NCBI RefSeq assembly: GCF_001194135.2 | Contig: NC_068983.1 | Coordinates: forward strand, 92,892,866-92,956,865 | DNA: 64,000 nt | Origin: Octopus bimaculoides | Taxonomy: Eukaryota | Direction: 5' to 3' | Shown: one piece after another, positions 52,391 to 64,000 of the stretch | How the letters are laid out: every line of letters starts with the position of its first letter | Position numbering within the stretch: the first letter of the stretch is position 1 | The notes under the pieces: model-generated | Told to the model about the DNA's origin: nothing | Databases searched by the model: none | What the model saw: only the letters and a program-made list of their open reading frames with translations | Position numbers and translations under genes: made by a program

Positions 52391-55300
52391 TGGTTGTGCT
52401 TGCACCTAAAGACTGAAATGTTAAAATACTGTTTGGCTGATATTAAAGATATTTGTGTGTGAGAAATGTGAGAATAATAATGGAATGATAATTTGCAATG
52501 GAAAGCATCAAATTTGCTGTCAAACATAGCTTCATAACAGTTCACAAACAATATGGTTAAATGGTTGAAGAAGTGATAAAGTTCATTATTTATGGAACAT
52601 AGCAAACATGAGAGAAGCACTAATAAAATTAAAGTGATCTACAAAGAATTACAGAACATTCTTACTTATATTAACATAAGCACCAATTTGATTATGTTTG
52701 AAAGCAAAACTGAAAGAAAAAATATAAAGGCACTAAAAAATTTTTTATGAAAACTATAATAAAGAACTTGTTATGGACAGAGATAATGAAATAATGACTG
52801 TATAATAAATATTTGAAGAAATGTTAAATTAAAGTGTTAAAGCCTGAAAAGAGCCATTTAGTTAATGCATAAATTTACTTAGGTAACACAAACCATTGAT
52901 ACTGGAATGATTTTGTGTTGCATATTCTCCTATTTGTTTCAATTTACATATCTACACAACAGTTTCACACACAAAAAAGGTGATCTTCATTCTAACAGTT
53001 GATTCAATAATTTGTACAACATACAACTTTATCTTGAAAAGAAAACAAATGTACAAATATTTATTATGATTTACTCAATAGTGTTTTTCTTATGAAAGAA
53101 ATAAAGGCAGTGTAAACTCTAAACATGAAACTATAAATGTACAGGGTACATCTATTGATTGATAATTATTGCTTAGCCCCAAGTCAGCTCTGATCTAGAA
53201 AACTCATGATGAAATATATAGTACCCATGACCAACCTATCATTTACTTTTCAAGCATAGTGTACATCAGACTAAATTAGCAAGTGTATCTTTAAAAAAAT
53301 GGTAGAGTGTAATATGCAGGAGATTTTGGCTTCAAAGAAAAAGGATGTGAGAGTCATGTTTGGAATGCAGGATGATTATGTTTGGAATGATCTTAAAACA
53401 AAGAGAAAAACTGGTTTATTACAGTTGGAATACTTTTCAAACAAAAGACATGATGACAGTAAGAACACTTTTGAAGAAAAGGCAGAATGGTAACAATAGA
53501 GACACCTTAAATAAAAACACTAGAAGCATTTATATGGAGTAATAATCAAAAAGAGCTAGACTAACTGAAGAGTAAAGAAGAGAAGAAGGATTAGCAGACA
53601 ACCAACCTGAAATCTTTTGGGTCATAAAGATTATAGAAAGTTGAAACAGAGACAGAACCAATTAAACTGAGGCTGACAAACTTTAGTGTATTATTGCCGT
53701 ATTTTGCATTTTACTGAATTATTTTATGTTTTGCACCTTTACAGTGTTTAAAACAGTTTAACTTAATACTTTCATGCTTTAATGGTCTTGCAATTTTTTA
53801 TTTTTACAGAAGCTTGATCTATTCTTAAATAAGTTTTTAAAAAAAGCAAACAGAATAAAATGATTCAGAGACAACATTCATTTCAAAATACAAAAGGTTA
53901 AGGAGTTTTAAGAACTAGAAATAAATATGTTGTTGGGGAAAGAAATAGTATTATTTTTTTTTACATCTGGCAAGTACAGGAGTTGACTCTGGACATTACT
54001 GAAGTATGCCCTCTTTGTTCTAGCTGAAGTAGTGATGAATGAAATGAAGTAAATATGCAAAACTGCAAATATTGGAAGAGTAAAAAGAGTTCATTAATGG
54101 TAAAATGTATTTGCAGAAATAATATTTCTTGGTTTGCATCAGTTACTTTGCTCATAGCTAAACTATCTTCAATTTATAGCTATTGTACTACATACTTACT
54201 TTTTAACAACATTCTGGGGAACAAGGTCCTCTTTTCAGGAAAATAACAAAAAATTATACAAAGCTGGTCTATTATTTGGAAAGAGAATCTATATAAAAAA
54301 TAGTTAAGTAAAATTAGTGGTTGGTTTTTGAATTAGCAAATTAACGAACTTATTGAAAGACAGCTTCAACTAAAAGTAACTTAAACTAAAACCTAGAACA
54401 TATATACAGATTAGTCTATAGAACACAAATCCATATTAGTTACTCATAATGCCATTAAGTTTATTTACATAAAATTTTTAACTTTTGTATTTTCCTCACA
54501 GAACCTCTCACTTAGTAGCAACTACTTAATTTACCCTATTTAGATAGTATTAGTAATGATTTCCTTCAACTTAGTACAAGGAAAGTTCTTGAAAGAAATC
54601 CTATTGAATCAAACATAGCATCTGTTAATTTTTTCATCAAATCTGTAACAGTAAAAAGTAGAGTCCCACTAAGTATGACTTGATCTCAGACAAAAGTAAA
54701 AACTAAACATTTAGTTTGATACCACATAGTCTGATTCATCTCTATCAGCCATACATATTGTCTATATCAAAATAGGTTATTATCATGACTCTTTGATTGG
54801 TCTCTATTTTTTTGTCTATAAAAGAAATATTATTGGAAGTCTCTTCTTTACAATTTACTCTTAGATTCATATTTCCAAGGATATTATGTGAACTCTTATG
54901 GCAATTGTGTTCCTCTCAGTTAAATTCATGACAGAAATATCTACAGTTTATTATATCAATAAATGTGATTGACTGAAAGAGGGAGAAGGGGGTGGAAAGA
55001 AAGACAGACAGACACTATCTTAACTGTCTTTGTGGATGAGTGTTAGCAACTGTGTGTGTGAATGTGTGAGAGTGAGTGTATATAAATGCATGTGTGTCAG
55101 AGTATGTATAAGTACATGAGCATGTGAGAGACAATGAGAAAAAAAGTGTAATAGTGAGCGTGTATGAGTGTGAGTATGTATGTGATCAAGCGTGTGGGAG
55201 CATGAGATAGTGAGTGTGAGCAAGTATGTGTAAGTCTAAGTGTGTGCAAAAGTGTGAAAAGGTGCACAAGCACATTTGTGAGTGAGCAAGCATGTTAATG

Positions 55301-55515
55301 TTGAGCAAGTGTGCTTTTGCGTATGTTTGAATGTGAGTGAGTAATGTTTGTGCCTCAGTAATACTCAGAATTATACAGTTGATCTGTCTGAAACTATCCT
55401 ATTTAGTTCAAATGATAAAAGTGAATTTAAATAAAATTATAAGGTGAGACAGCAAGATTATTATTAAGCATGCATTACACCAACTTTTTTTCTCTCTCTC
55501 ATATATACTGCCCCC

Positions 55516-55541
55516 NNNNNNNNNNNNNNNNNNNNNNNNNN
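55516..55541. other. Assembly gap
   Basis: Short N run after poly-C. Confidence 1.
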
Positions 55542-55974
55542 CGACATAATATGTATGCATGTGCATGCATGCAAATATACATGCATAACAATGTCAGAAA
55601 TATATAGTTCACATGATATTTCCTGATTATAATGATACAGCAAATGCAAATACAGAGATAAAGATCTGAATAAATATTGATGTATTTGATCAATTTATTT
55701 ACACTTAGAGTGAAATTTTAAGGGAAAACAAAAAGCAAAAACAGTGGATGTGGGTCCACACAGTCCTTTCAACCAAAGCTGAACTTTACAACATCCTGCA
55801 TTGTTAAGAAAACTGTCAAGACAGTGGTTTGATCATGAATTTAGAAGAGTTTGCTTGTAAAATAGTAATTCAAGATCTCTGAGATTGCCTGATAGGCATC
55901 TACAGATAGTAACTACTTCATAAAAAAAAAAGAAGAAAAATCATAATTATGGATAATATATAGATCAATATTTA

Positions 55975-56110
55975 AATCCTGATGAGGTCAACTTTGCCCT
56001 TCATCATTCTCAGGATATCAATAAAATAAAGTACTGGGGTTGATTTAATTGACTATAACCTACTAAACAGTTACGACCTTGTGCCAATACTAGAAATAAA
56101 TATTATAGTT
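55975..56110 (+). mobile_element. SINE family B fragment
   Basis: aaatcctgatgaggtcaactttgcccttcatcattctcagg..aagtactggggttgattta. Confidence 0.55.
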
Positions 56111-56459
56111 ATTGCTACTAAATCTCTCTCTCTCTCTCTCCCCCTACCTTCCCGCATATATGTGTGTTTCAATTTACAAAAGGGAGAAAAAAAACATAGA
56201 CAATGCATGCAACAAAGTTTATTAATTTATTTGAAGCTGGGGGTTTCCCTTTGTTGCTATACTGAGATTCATGTTTCCATGAGTCACAGAGAAGAAAAGG
56301 AGACACAAAACTCAGAACAGCAATGGATGGAAACCTCATTTTCAAATGAATTAACATTATATATTCATATACATATATATGTAACTAATCATGAACAGAG
56401 GATGCATAAACCTGTAGGTAGCAGGCATTCTATACTATCAACAAAAGATCTTATCACTA

Positions 56460-56865
56460 TGAGATCTTTTACTTGTTTAAATCATTTGACTGCAGTCATG
56501 CTGGAGTACCGCTTTAATGGGTTTTTTAGGCTTATTCTTTGTAAGCCTAGTACTTATTCTATTGGTCTCTTTTTCCAAACTGCTAAGTTACGGGGACATA
56601 AACACATCACACATCAACATTGGTTGTCAAGTAATGGTGGTTGGGGGACAAACACAAAACTATAAATATATATACGAGGACACACAAAACTATATATATA
56701 TATACGAGAACTTCTTTCAGTTTCTGTCTACCAAATCCACTCACAAGGCTTTTGTTGGCCTGAGGCTACAGTAGAAAACACTTGCCCAAGGTTCCATGCA
56801 GTGGGACTGAATCTGGAACCAAGTGGTTGGGAAGCAAACTTCTTACCATACTGCCATGCCTGTAA
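56460..56865 (-). mobile_element. tRNA-derived SINE, family A, near full length with internal (TA)n
   Basis: Head ggtaagaagtttgcttcccaaccacttggttccagattcagtcccactgcatgg..ttgggcaagtg and tail gcatgactgcagtcaaatgatttaaacaagtaaa. Confidence 0.8.
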
Positions 56866-57469
56866 AACTATTTTCGTAAAAAAGATTGTTTTCAAAGAAA
56901 CACACATATATATGCATGTAGAATAAATAAATGGTCAGTTGTAAGAAATATGCATATAAACAAATCTGGACACTATTAGACATATGCATGAGAGAAATAT
57001 TAACATTATTGCATATTTGCATTTTTGTAAACAGCCTGTGTTTACATACATATGTACTTATAGTTATGAACACACACACACACATGTCATACATACTATA
57101 CAGAGATATTTACCCCTATCCACATGTATTTTCATTATGATAGTGATAATATCTAGAAGAATCTTCTTTGCTCACCTTTGGTGAATGTAGCTTTGACCAA
57201 GAAGAATTGATGTCATCAGATGGTATCCAATGACCATTGGTTGTTTTGGCCTTGAACTATTGAAACATTCAATGATCATTGGATATTATTAATTTTTACA
57301 CTCATGAAGTAAAATATCTAAAATTTAGCTAAATCATTAGTAGTAAATATAAATGCAATGTAACATACACTATTAACTCCATAAGAGAAAAAATATATAT
57401 ATAACATGTATTTTGTAACTGAACTTTTTGTATATGGATTTAATAACTATGCATTAAAATATAGTGATT

Positions 57470-57770
57470 CTTTAGTCTTTTATCCTTTTAGTTGTTTCAG
57501 TCAGTTGACTGTGGTTATGCTGGAGCACCACCTTGAAGGGTCTTTCAGTCAAACAAATTGATTGACCTCAGGACTTATTTTTTTTAAAGCCTAGTACTTA
57601 TTCTATTGGTATCTTTTGCCAAACTGCTAAGTTACAAGGATGTAAACACACCAACACCGATTGTAAAATGGTGATGGGGGGACAAACACCAACACAAAGA
57701 CAAGCACACACACACAGATATATAAATAAATATATGACAGGATTCTTTTCAGTTTCTGTCTACCTGGTAG
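57470..57770 (-). mobile_element. SINE family A copy, 5'-truncated
   Basis: gttgtttcagtcagttgactgtggttatgctggagcacc ... ttttcagtttctgtctacc. Confidence 0.75.
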
Positions 57771-58149
57771 TGAATATTGTACCTGTCTAATATCAAATGC
57801 TGAATTATACACTGATTTTCATACATTAATATGCCAAGCTTATACTGAATTGAAAGTAATTTTATTTTTCATTTTGCTCATATTTACATTTTCTTTTCCA
57901 CATAATCAATATGTTGATATGTATTATTATTATTCAGGCATTGTTTTACTGCTAGAAGCCTTTCCAGTTGCTGACACTTAACTGCATTTCTAGTAAGGGA
58001 TATCTTATTCCACACATCTTAGAGGGCATAAAGTCAGCAGATATCCCATTGAAAGGAGAAATGATAACAACGTTGCAGACTGTAGCTGAAAAATTTTCAG
58101 AGAAGTGCACATGTGAACAAAAACAAGAAAAACACAGGTACACATAACT

Positions 58150-58300
58150 GCACAGACACCATGGGCTTCTTTCAGTTTTTATCTAACAAATTCACTCAGC
58201 TAGGGGCTATAGTTGAAGACATTTACTCAAGGTGCTTGTACAGTGAAACTGAACTGAAAACTACATGGTTGGGATGTGAATTTCTTTATTGCACAGCCAT
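58150..58300 (-). mobile_element. SINE family A head
   Basis: gggcttctttcagtttttatctaacaaattcactc..gaagacatttactcaaggtgc..catggttgggatg. Confidence 0.6.
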
Positions 58301-58445
58301 ATTTGTGCAGGCATTTGGTCTCTGTATTAAGCTTATCCAGGTTATACTTATAAGTGTGTGCATGTATGTATTAAAACATTTTGAGAATAAAAAGTAAATT
58401 ATGGATTACTTTTTATCAACACATTGCTTCAAGAGCTTAGCTATT

Positions 58446-58500
<55 letters not shown>

Positions 58501-58693
58501 CACATACATACACAGTCATCCTCAAAATTATTCATACCTTTGTTTATTTTGTGAAGTTTGTTTATGTGACCAACAAGTGAAAGAATAACAATACACAATT
58601 CTTCATTTCAGGGGTATTTTATTCATGGATTTTCAAAAAATGCCATGTTCAAAATTATTCATACCCTAGGTTTACTGCGTCCAATATCTTTCT

Positions 58694-58828
58694 TTAATAG
58701 TCAATAGCATAGCCTATGTTTTTTATGACTGTTTCTAGATGATTCTTGTACGTGTCCACAAGCTTCCTGCATGTCTTCTGTGGGATGATGACCCACTCTT
58801 CCTTGGTGAAAGCCTCGAGCTGGGACAG
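58694..58828 (-). pseudogene. Antisense copy of the Tc1 transposase C-terminal 44 codons plus stop, inside the element's left end
   Basis: Minus-strand translation LSQLEAFTKEEWVIIPQKTCRKLVDTYKNHLETVIKNIGYAIDY* is stop-free and resembles the Tc1 transposase C-terminus. Confidence 0.85.
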
Positions 58829-58876
58829 GTATAAATAGAGGAAAAGTGTTCTGGTCATTCTCAGTTTCTGATCAAC

Positions 58877-59730
58877 ATGGTCAAGAAGAAGGAGCTCAGT
58901 GAGGACCTATGTCAATGTATTGTGCATGCCCACAGTGAAAGAGAGGATAAGGCCATTTCAAAGCAGAATAATGTTCCTGTAGCAATTGTCCAGAGCATAA
59001 CCAACAAGTACAAGAGGTTTAACATTATTAAAACCTTCAGTGGGTGTGGCAGCAAACATAAAGTGTCTCCCAAACTTGCCTGGAAAATCTGCTAGGAGGT
59101 CAACAACAACCCATAGACCACAATGAAGGTCCTAATTGAAACTCTTAACTAAGCAGGGATGAAAGTGTCATAGTCCACCATTGAGTGAGTTTTGCACAGA
59201 GGAGGTCTCCATAGACATAGGCCTCAGAAGATGCTGCTGCTCAGGAAGAAACATCTGAAGGCTCGTCTGGTCTTTGCTAGAGGTTATCTGAAGCAAGATT
59301 CCAGCTTTTGGTCAACCATCCTGTGGTCTGATGAGATGAAGTTGGCCATATGGGTGTTGAATACGTCTGGAGGAAGAAAGGAGGAGCATACAAGTCAAAG
59401 AACAGTGTGCCCACTGTCAAGCATGGTGGTGGAAACAATGTTATGGGGATGCTTCTCTTCCAGTGGTACGGGGAACCTTGTCAAAGTCCAAGTAATCATG
59501 AAAAAGGAGGATTACATCAGGATCCTTGATGAAAACGTGAAGGAATCTGCTGAGAAACTTCAACTCAGCCACAACTGGAAGTACCAGCAGGACAATGATC
59601 TGAAACATACCACCAAAGTAGTGAAGAAATAGTTCAAGGACAATGACGTCAATGTCCTAGAATGGCCAAGTCAGAGTCCAGACCTGAATCTGATTGAGAA
59701 CTTGTGGCAAGACTTGAAGACCAGAGTGAA
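58877..59730 (+). pseudogene. Tc1 DDE transposase pseudogene (several stops, one frameshift, C-terminus missing on this strand)
   Basis: MVKKKELSEDL.. N-terminus; HLKARLVFA..WSTILWSDE; MLWGCFSSSGTGNLV; YQQDNDLKH; [19 protein letters not shown]. These are typical Tc1 catalytic motifs. Confidence 0.9.
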
Positions 59731-59731
59731 C

Positions 59732-61548
59732 TCACTTTATTTGCCGGGTCTTCTCAGTCACAGCATATCTCCAAAGGTCTCGGTCTTTTGTCATTGCCTC
59801 TGTGAGGCCCAACGTTCGAAGGTCATGCTTCACCATCTCATCCCATGTCTTCCTGGGTTTCCCTCTACCCCAGATTCCTCCCACTGTTTGAGAGTGGCAC
59901 TTCTTCATACAGCTCTCCTCATCCATCCATAGTACATGACCATATCAATGCAAACGTGTCTCTTGCACACCAGATCCAATGCTTCTTATGTCCAACATTT
60001 CTCTCAGGGCGCTTACACTCTGTCGTGTGCGCACACTGACATTACACATCCAGCAGATCATGCTAGCTTCCTTTCTTTTGAGCCTACACATGTCTTCAGC
60101 AGTCACGGCCCATGTTTCATTGCCGTGAAGTATGGCAGTTCACACACATGCATTGCACAATCTATCTTTTACTCTGAGCGAGAGGCCCTTTGTCACCAGC
60201 AGAGGTAGGAGCTCTCTGAAGTTTGCCCAGGCTATTCTTATTCTAGTGGTAACACTCTCTGAGCATCCACCCCCACTACAGACTTGGTCACCTAGGTAGC
60301 AGAAGCTATCAACTACTTCTAGTTTCTCCCCCTGGCATGTGATGGAATCTGTTTTCTGAGCATCTGTACTGTTTATTGCCCCTGTGCATCTGCCACACAT
60401 GAAAGCTATCTTCCCGGTTTATCTTCCTCTGATGTTGCTGTACCTCTTATATGTCCATAGCTTACACTGGATACATCTTATGGAGTTTCTACCTACACTT
60501 TTTCTACAGAATGAGCAGGGCCACCTACCTGAAGGGGTGTGTGATGTGTTCATCTTCCTACTTACTAGAACTTTGGTCTTTGTGACATTGACTCTGAGGC
60601 CCTTCGATTCTAAACCTTGCTTCCATACCTGAAATTTCTTCTCTAGTTCTGATAGTGATTCTGCAATGAGGGCCAGATCATCAGCATAGAGGAGCTCCCA
60701 GGGGCAACCTGTCTTGAATTCCTCTCATTGCCTGGAGGACTATGATGAATAAGAGGAGGCTGAGGGCTGATCTTTGGTGGACCCCTACTTCTACCTGGAA
60801 TTCTTCACTATACTCACTGCCAACCCTAACCTTACTAATGGCATCTCTGTATAGGACTTGTACAGCTTTTATTCTTCAATCCCCAGTTTCCGCATCACCC
60901 ACCAGATAAAGGATTGGGGCACCCTGTCAAAGGCTTTCTCCAAATCCACAAAAGCCAAGTATAGGGGTTTATCTTTGGCTAGGTATTTCTCCTGCAGCTG
61001 CATACTAGGAATGTAACATCAGTGGTGCTCCTACCTGGCACAAAACCGAACTGCATCTCATCTAAGCAGACTCTTTCCCTAATTAGTTGGGCTATGACCC
61101 TCTCCGTGACCTTCATCACCTGATCCATCAGTTTGATTCCCCTGTTGTTATTTCTATCTAAAGCATCACCTTTACCCTTGTAGCAGTTGACTATGGTGCT
61201 GCTATGCCAGTCATTGGGTATGACTCCATCATGAACTACCTGGTTTACAATGCTGATGACTAGTCTATAGCTCACACCACCAGATGTGTTAAGCATCTCA
61301 GCAGTGATTCCTGATGGACCAGGGGGCTTTTACTGGCTTCATACCCTTAATTGCTTTATCTACCAGGGTGCTGTCTATTCGGATAGCTGGTCCCTCTACT
61401 GGGTCAACATTTGGCAGGCTCTCCTCTCCTCCCATTCATTTTCCACATTCAGCAGTCTTTCATAATGGCTTCTCCAAGCCTCTTTCTTTTCCAAATCATT
61501 AAAAGCAAGTGCACCATCATCTATGCAGACACATTTCTCTCCTGTGAC
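59732..61548 (-). mobile_element. RTE-clade LINE, 5'-truncated, with RT pseudogene
   Basis: Contains KAPGPSGITAEML, CYKGKGDALDRNNNRGIKL, QFGFVPGRSTTD, LAFVDLEKAFDRVP, LLYADDL and FCYLGD, and ends [44 protein letters not shown]. Confidence 0.92.
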
Positions 61549-61550
61549 AT

Positions 61551-61812
61551 CACGGCCTAGTGGTTAGGATGCTGCACTCCCAATTGCAAGATTATGGTTT
61601 TGATTTCCAGACCATTTGTGTACTGCGTTCTTGAGCAAAATACTTCATGTAGTTCCAGTTTACTCAGTAACCCTGCAATGGACTGGCATTCTGCTCATGG
61701 GGAATGTTGACCTGCTTGCTAAACCAGTGGGGTGGTATAATTTGAAAGCTACAACAAAGCAAGGAAGTACATTGTGTATAACAACATCTGATAGTCAGGT
61801 TGATACAGTGAC
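61551..61812 (+). mobile_element. tRNA-headed SINE with V/Meta-like core (3' fragment of the same family at ~41150-41255)
   Basis: cacggcctagtggttaggatgctgcactc..ttcttgagcaaaatacttc..ccctgcaatggactggcattc..gttgatacagtga. Confidence 0.7.
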
Positions 61813-61949
61813 ACATACACACATAAATACACACACACACACAAGGAATACTTAAATATTACTTCATGTTGATCTTACTATCTGGTAAGAGATAAATATT
61901 ACTTAATAAACACAATATATGTATTTATGTCTTACTATCAGTTTCATGT

Positions 61950-63790
61950 GATAAGAGCATGCCAGAGAGTATATTTTAACATGTCTGGTGCCCTAGCACA
62001 ATCTTCAGGCATTGCCCACAAACCCAACTTAATAATAATGTTGAATGTGCACAGTCTTTCACACTTCACAAATTGAACAAAAGTATTGTATCTCAGAGAC
62101 CTTTGCAATCAGACAAAAGATAATATATACAGCACTAAGTGAAACACACTTAACTCCAGGCATATTGGATGCAGAAGTACATATGCTAGGTTATGTTCTA
62201 CACAGAACTGACTGCAGGATATGGGACAAGGAGTAGCACTCTTCATCTGTGAAGATCTAGTAATAAATGTCCTCCTCTCCTACTCAAACACAGTGTACAA
62301 TATACTAATAATGCATGTGATTGACCTCAATTTGATCATAAGCATTACCTACCATCCTCCTGATGTAGCTAACCATGGAGGTCACTTTAGGGATGCTTTG
62401 TCAAACCCTAAGTGAGGCCAATCTGCAGGCCACTGTACTTTTAATAGGCGACTTTAATTTCCCTAATTTCAGCTGGCTTGATGGCTATATCCGACTTAGA
62501 ACTAAACAACCAAACAGGAAAGCATGAATGATCTCCTTTATACCACTAAAGACTTCCTCATGCAACAAGTCATTACTTCTCCAACTAAGGGGAATAACAT
62601 ACTTGATTAATCTTTACCACTAATACTAACTTCATTCACAATGTTCATTTCAGGTCATTCCAACAGCTATTTCTGATCACAACATTATACAATTATCTGT
62701 ATATGGTTTAAAGAGGGAAACACATATAAATAATATCGAATATGATTCACCTCACATGAACTTGAATTTCAGGAAGGCCAGGTGGAAGGAAAAAAAAAAA
62801 AAAAAAAAAACTTCAAAACAAACTGGTTTCATCATATTGGCAACCTCAATCTTAATAAAGATAGAAGTTTCTGTAGAATCAAAATCTGTTGAAAACATCA
62901 CCATATAACTTGCCTATTCCTACAAAAACTTGGTTCCAAAGATTGATGGATACTAATGTGTAACAGAACCAAACAAACAAAACAACCAAAAAATACCAAG
63001 CTCCTTCAAGAGATGAGATTGTGAAAAATGCAAGAAAATAAAAAAACATTGAACAGTACCTAAAAATATTCTATGAAAAAGAAACTTTTCTGAAGGAACA
63101 CCAGGCAGTGGAGAATATAAAGTTTAATCCCAAATTCTTTTCCCATTTTGTTAAACAAAAACCATCTACACATAACCAGATTAGCTCTCTAATGGACCAA
63201 AATGGATCATGTACTGATGATTGATCACAAACATGCACACTCTTGAGTCACCAATATGATAGTGGATTTTTCCAACATGTAAGTAACAAAATAGTACAAA
63301 ATTCCAACAAATTCTTTGGTCCCAGAATTCTACTGCAGAGACATGTCTAAAAATTAATGATATTACAAAAGAAGATATACTTGCAGCTATTAAGGACCTA
63401 CATTCAAACTCAGCATTTGGATCAGCTGACCTTCCAGCCATATTGTTAAAAACATGCAAAAACAGCCTCACCAAACCATTAAAAATGCTATTTCAAAAGT
63501 TGCTAGATACTGACATATTCCCAGAACTACTGAAAGATGCAAAAGTAACATCTATACACAAAGGAAGTAGCAGGGCTGAAGCTTGACAAAGTTGTTTGTC
63601 ACAACTATTACAGCACCATAACACTATCCTCAATAATCTCGAGGGGAATGAATATTGAATGTACATACCTTGATTTTGCTAAAGTGTTTGACAAGACTGA
63701 TGATGGAATCATCTGTTATAGGCTAAGGGAAAACTTGGAGAATGGCTCATTGACTTCTTATGGATGTAGGAATTAATCTGTTGTTGCAAA
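61950..63790 (+). mobile_element. CR1-like LINE ORF2 remnant (APE endonuclease plus partial RT)
   Basis: ALSETHLTPGILDAEV..GYVLHRTD, YHPP, IGDFNFP, PTKGNNILD, SDHN, KPLKMLFQKLLDTDIFPELLKDAKVTSIHKGSSRAEA and DFAKVFDK, with many stops and frameshifts. Confidence 0.85.
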
Positions 63791-63901
63791 CAGCTTTCTG
63801 TCTGCAAATGTTATATCTTCACTACACTATATTAAATAAGAATTCATAGCCCTTTACTTGTTCTAATCACAGAGAACTACCACTATTATTACTACTACAA
63901 C

Positions 63902-64000
63902 TGAGGTGGTGAGCTGGTAGAATCGTTAGCACGCTGGGCAAAATACTTAGTGATATTTTGCCTGTCTTTACATTCTGAGTTCAAATTCTGCCGAGGTTGA
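63902..64000 (+). mobile_element. SINE family B head (runs off window end)
   Basis: tgaggtggtgagctggtagaatcgttagcacgctgggcaaaatac..ctgagttcaaattctgccgaggttga. Confidence 0.75.

Larger units (their letters stand above)
58513..59730 (+). mobile_element. Tc1-family DNA transposon, decayed; right end lost at the junction with an RTE LINE
   Basis: CAGT-starting terminus at 58513. A 17-bp direct repeat tcaaaattattcatacc occurs at 58522 and 58649 (IR/DR-like architecture), followed by TATAAATA at 58830 and a transposase pseudo-ORF. Confidence 0.9.

Noticed and set aside
53961-54040. Minus-strand acceptor with open peptide RTKRAYFSNVQSQLLYLPD
   Set aside because: Weak donor (gtaaaa), and it does not supply the expected Y-x-G-x-N residues before ETMPLGKGF.
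57176-57256. 81-nt minus-strand exon candidate (tcaatag|...AAG|gtgagc), open in two frames
   Set aside because: Peptides show no LamG/CASPR similarity, and the phase does not fit the phase-1 start of the 51483 exon.
3785-61548. Apparent minus-strand bias of large LINE fragments
   Set aside because: Too few elements, and there are counter-examples on the plus strand (5351-5895, CR1 at 62-63.8 kb).
1-64000. Most ORF-track entries (THTH, YIYI, LSLS, CVCV, RERE-rich peptides)
   Set aside because: They are translations of microsatellites, N-gaps or decayed TEs, with no domain signal or coherent splice structure.

Overview
AT-rich, microsatellite-dense animal DNA with four N-gaps. The repeat landscape (tRNA-derived SINEs, RTE/CR1/Penelope-like LINE debris, Tc1 and MITEs) resembles an octopus/coleoid cephalopod genome; this attribution is inferred. 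Only one convincing coding exon was found: 51361-51483 on the minus strand, encoding the end of a laminin-G domain (GFEGC...PLK) like the last LamG of neurexin-IV/CASPR (CNTNAP). No neighbouring exons were recognised, so most of the window is probably intron of that gene. Recognisable elements include a decayed Tc1 whose left end holds an antisense copy of the transposase C-terminus, a ~1.8 kb RTE with a PHD-like motif, a CR1 LINE, a young SINE with perfect 11-bp TSDs, and five foldback/MITE elements. A transposon-poor zone (~23-36 kb) contains a CpG-retaining, 5'UTR-like block (25.4-26.4 kb) that may be an internal first exon, plus a pre-miRNA-like hairpin. Nearly all ORF-track entries are microsatellite or TE artefacts. 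Boundaries of decayed repeats are approximate, and family assignments come from motif recognition without database searches.
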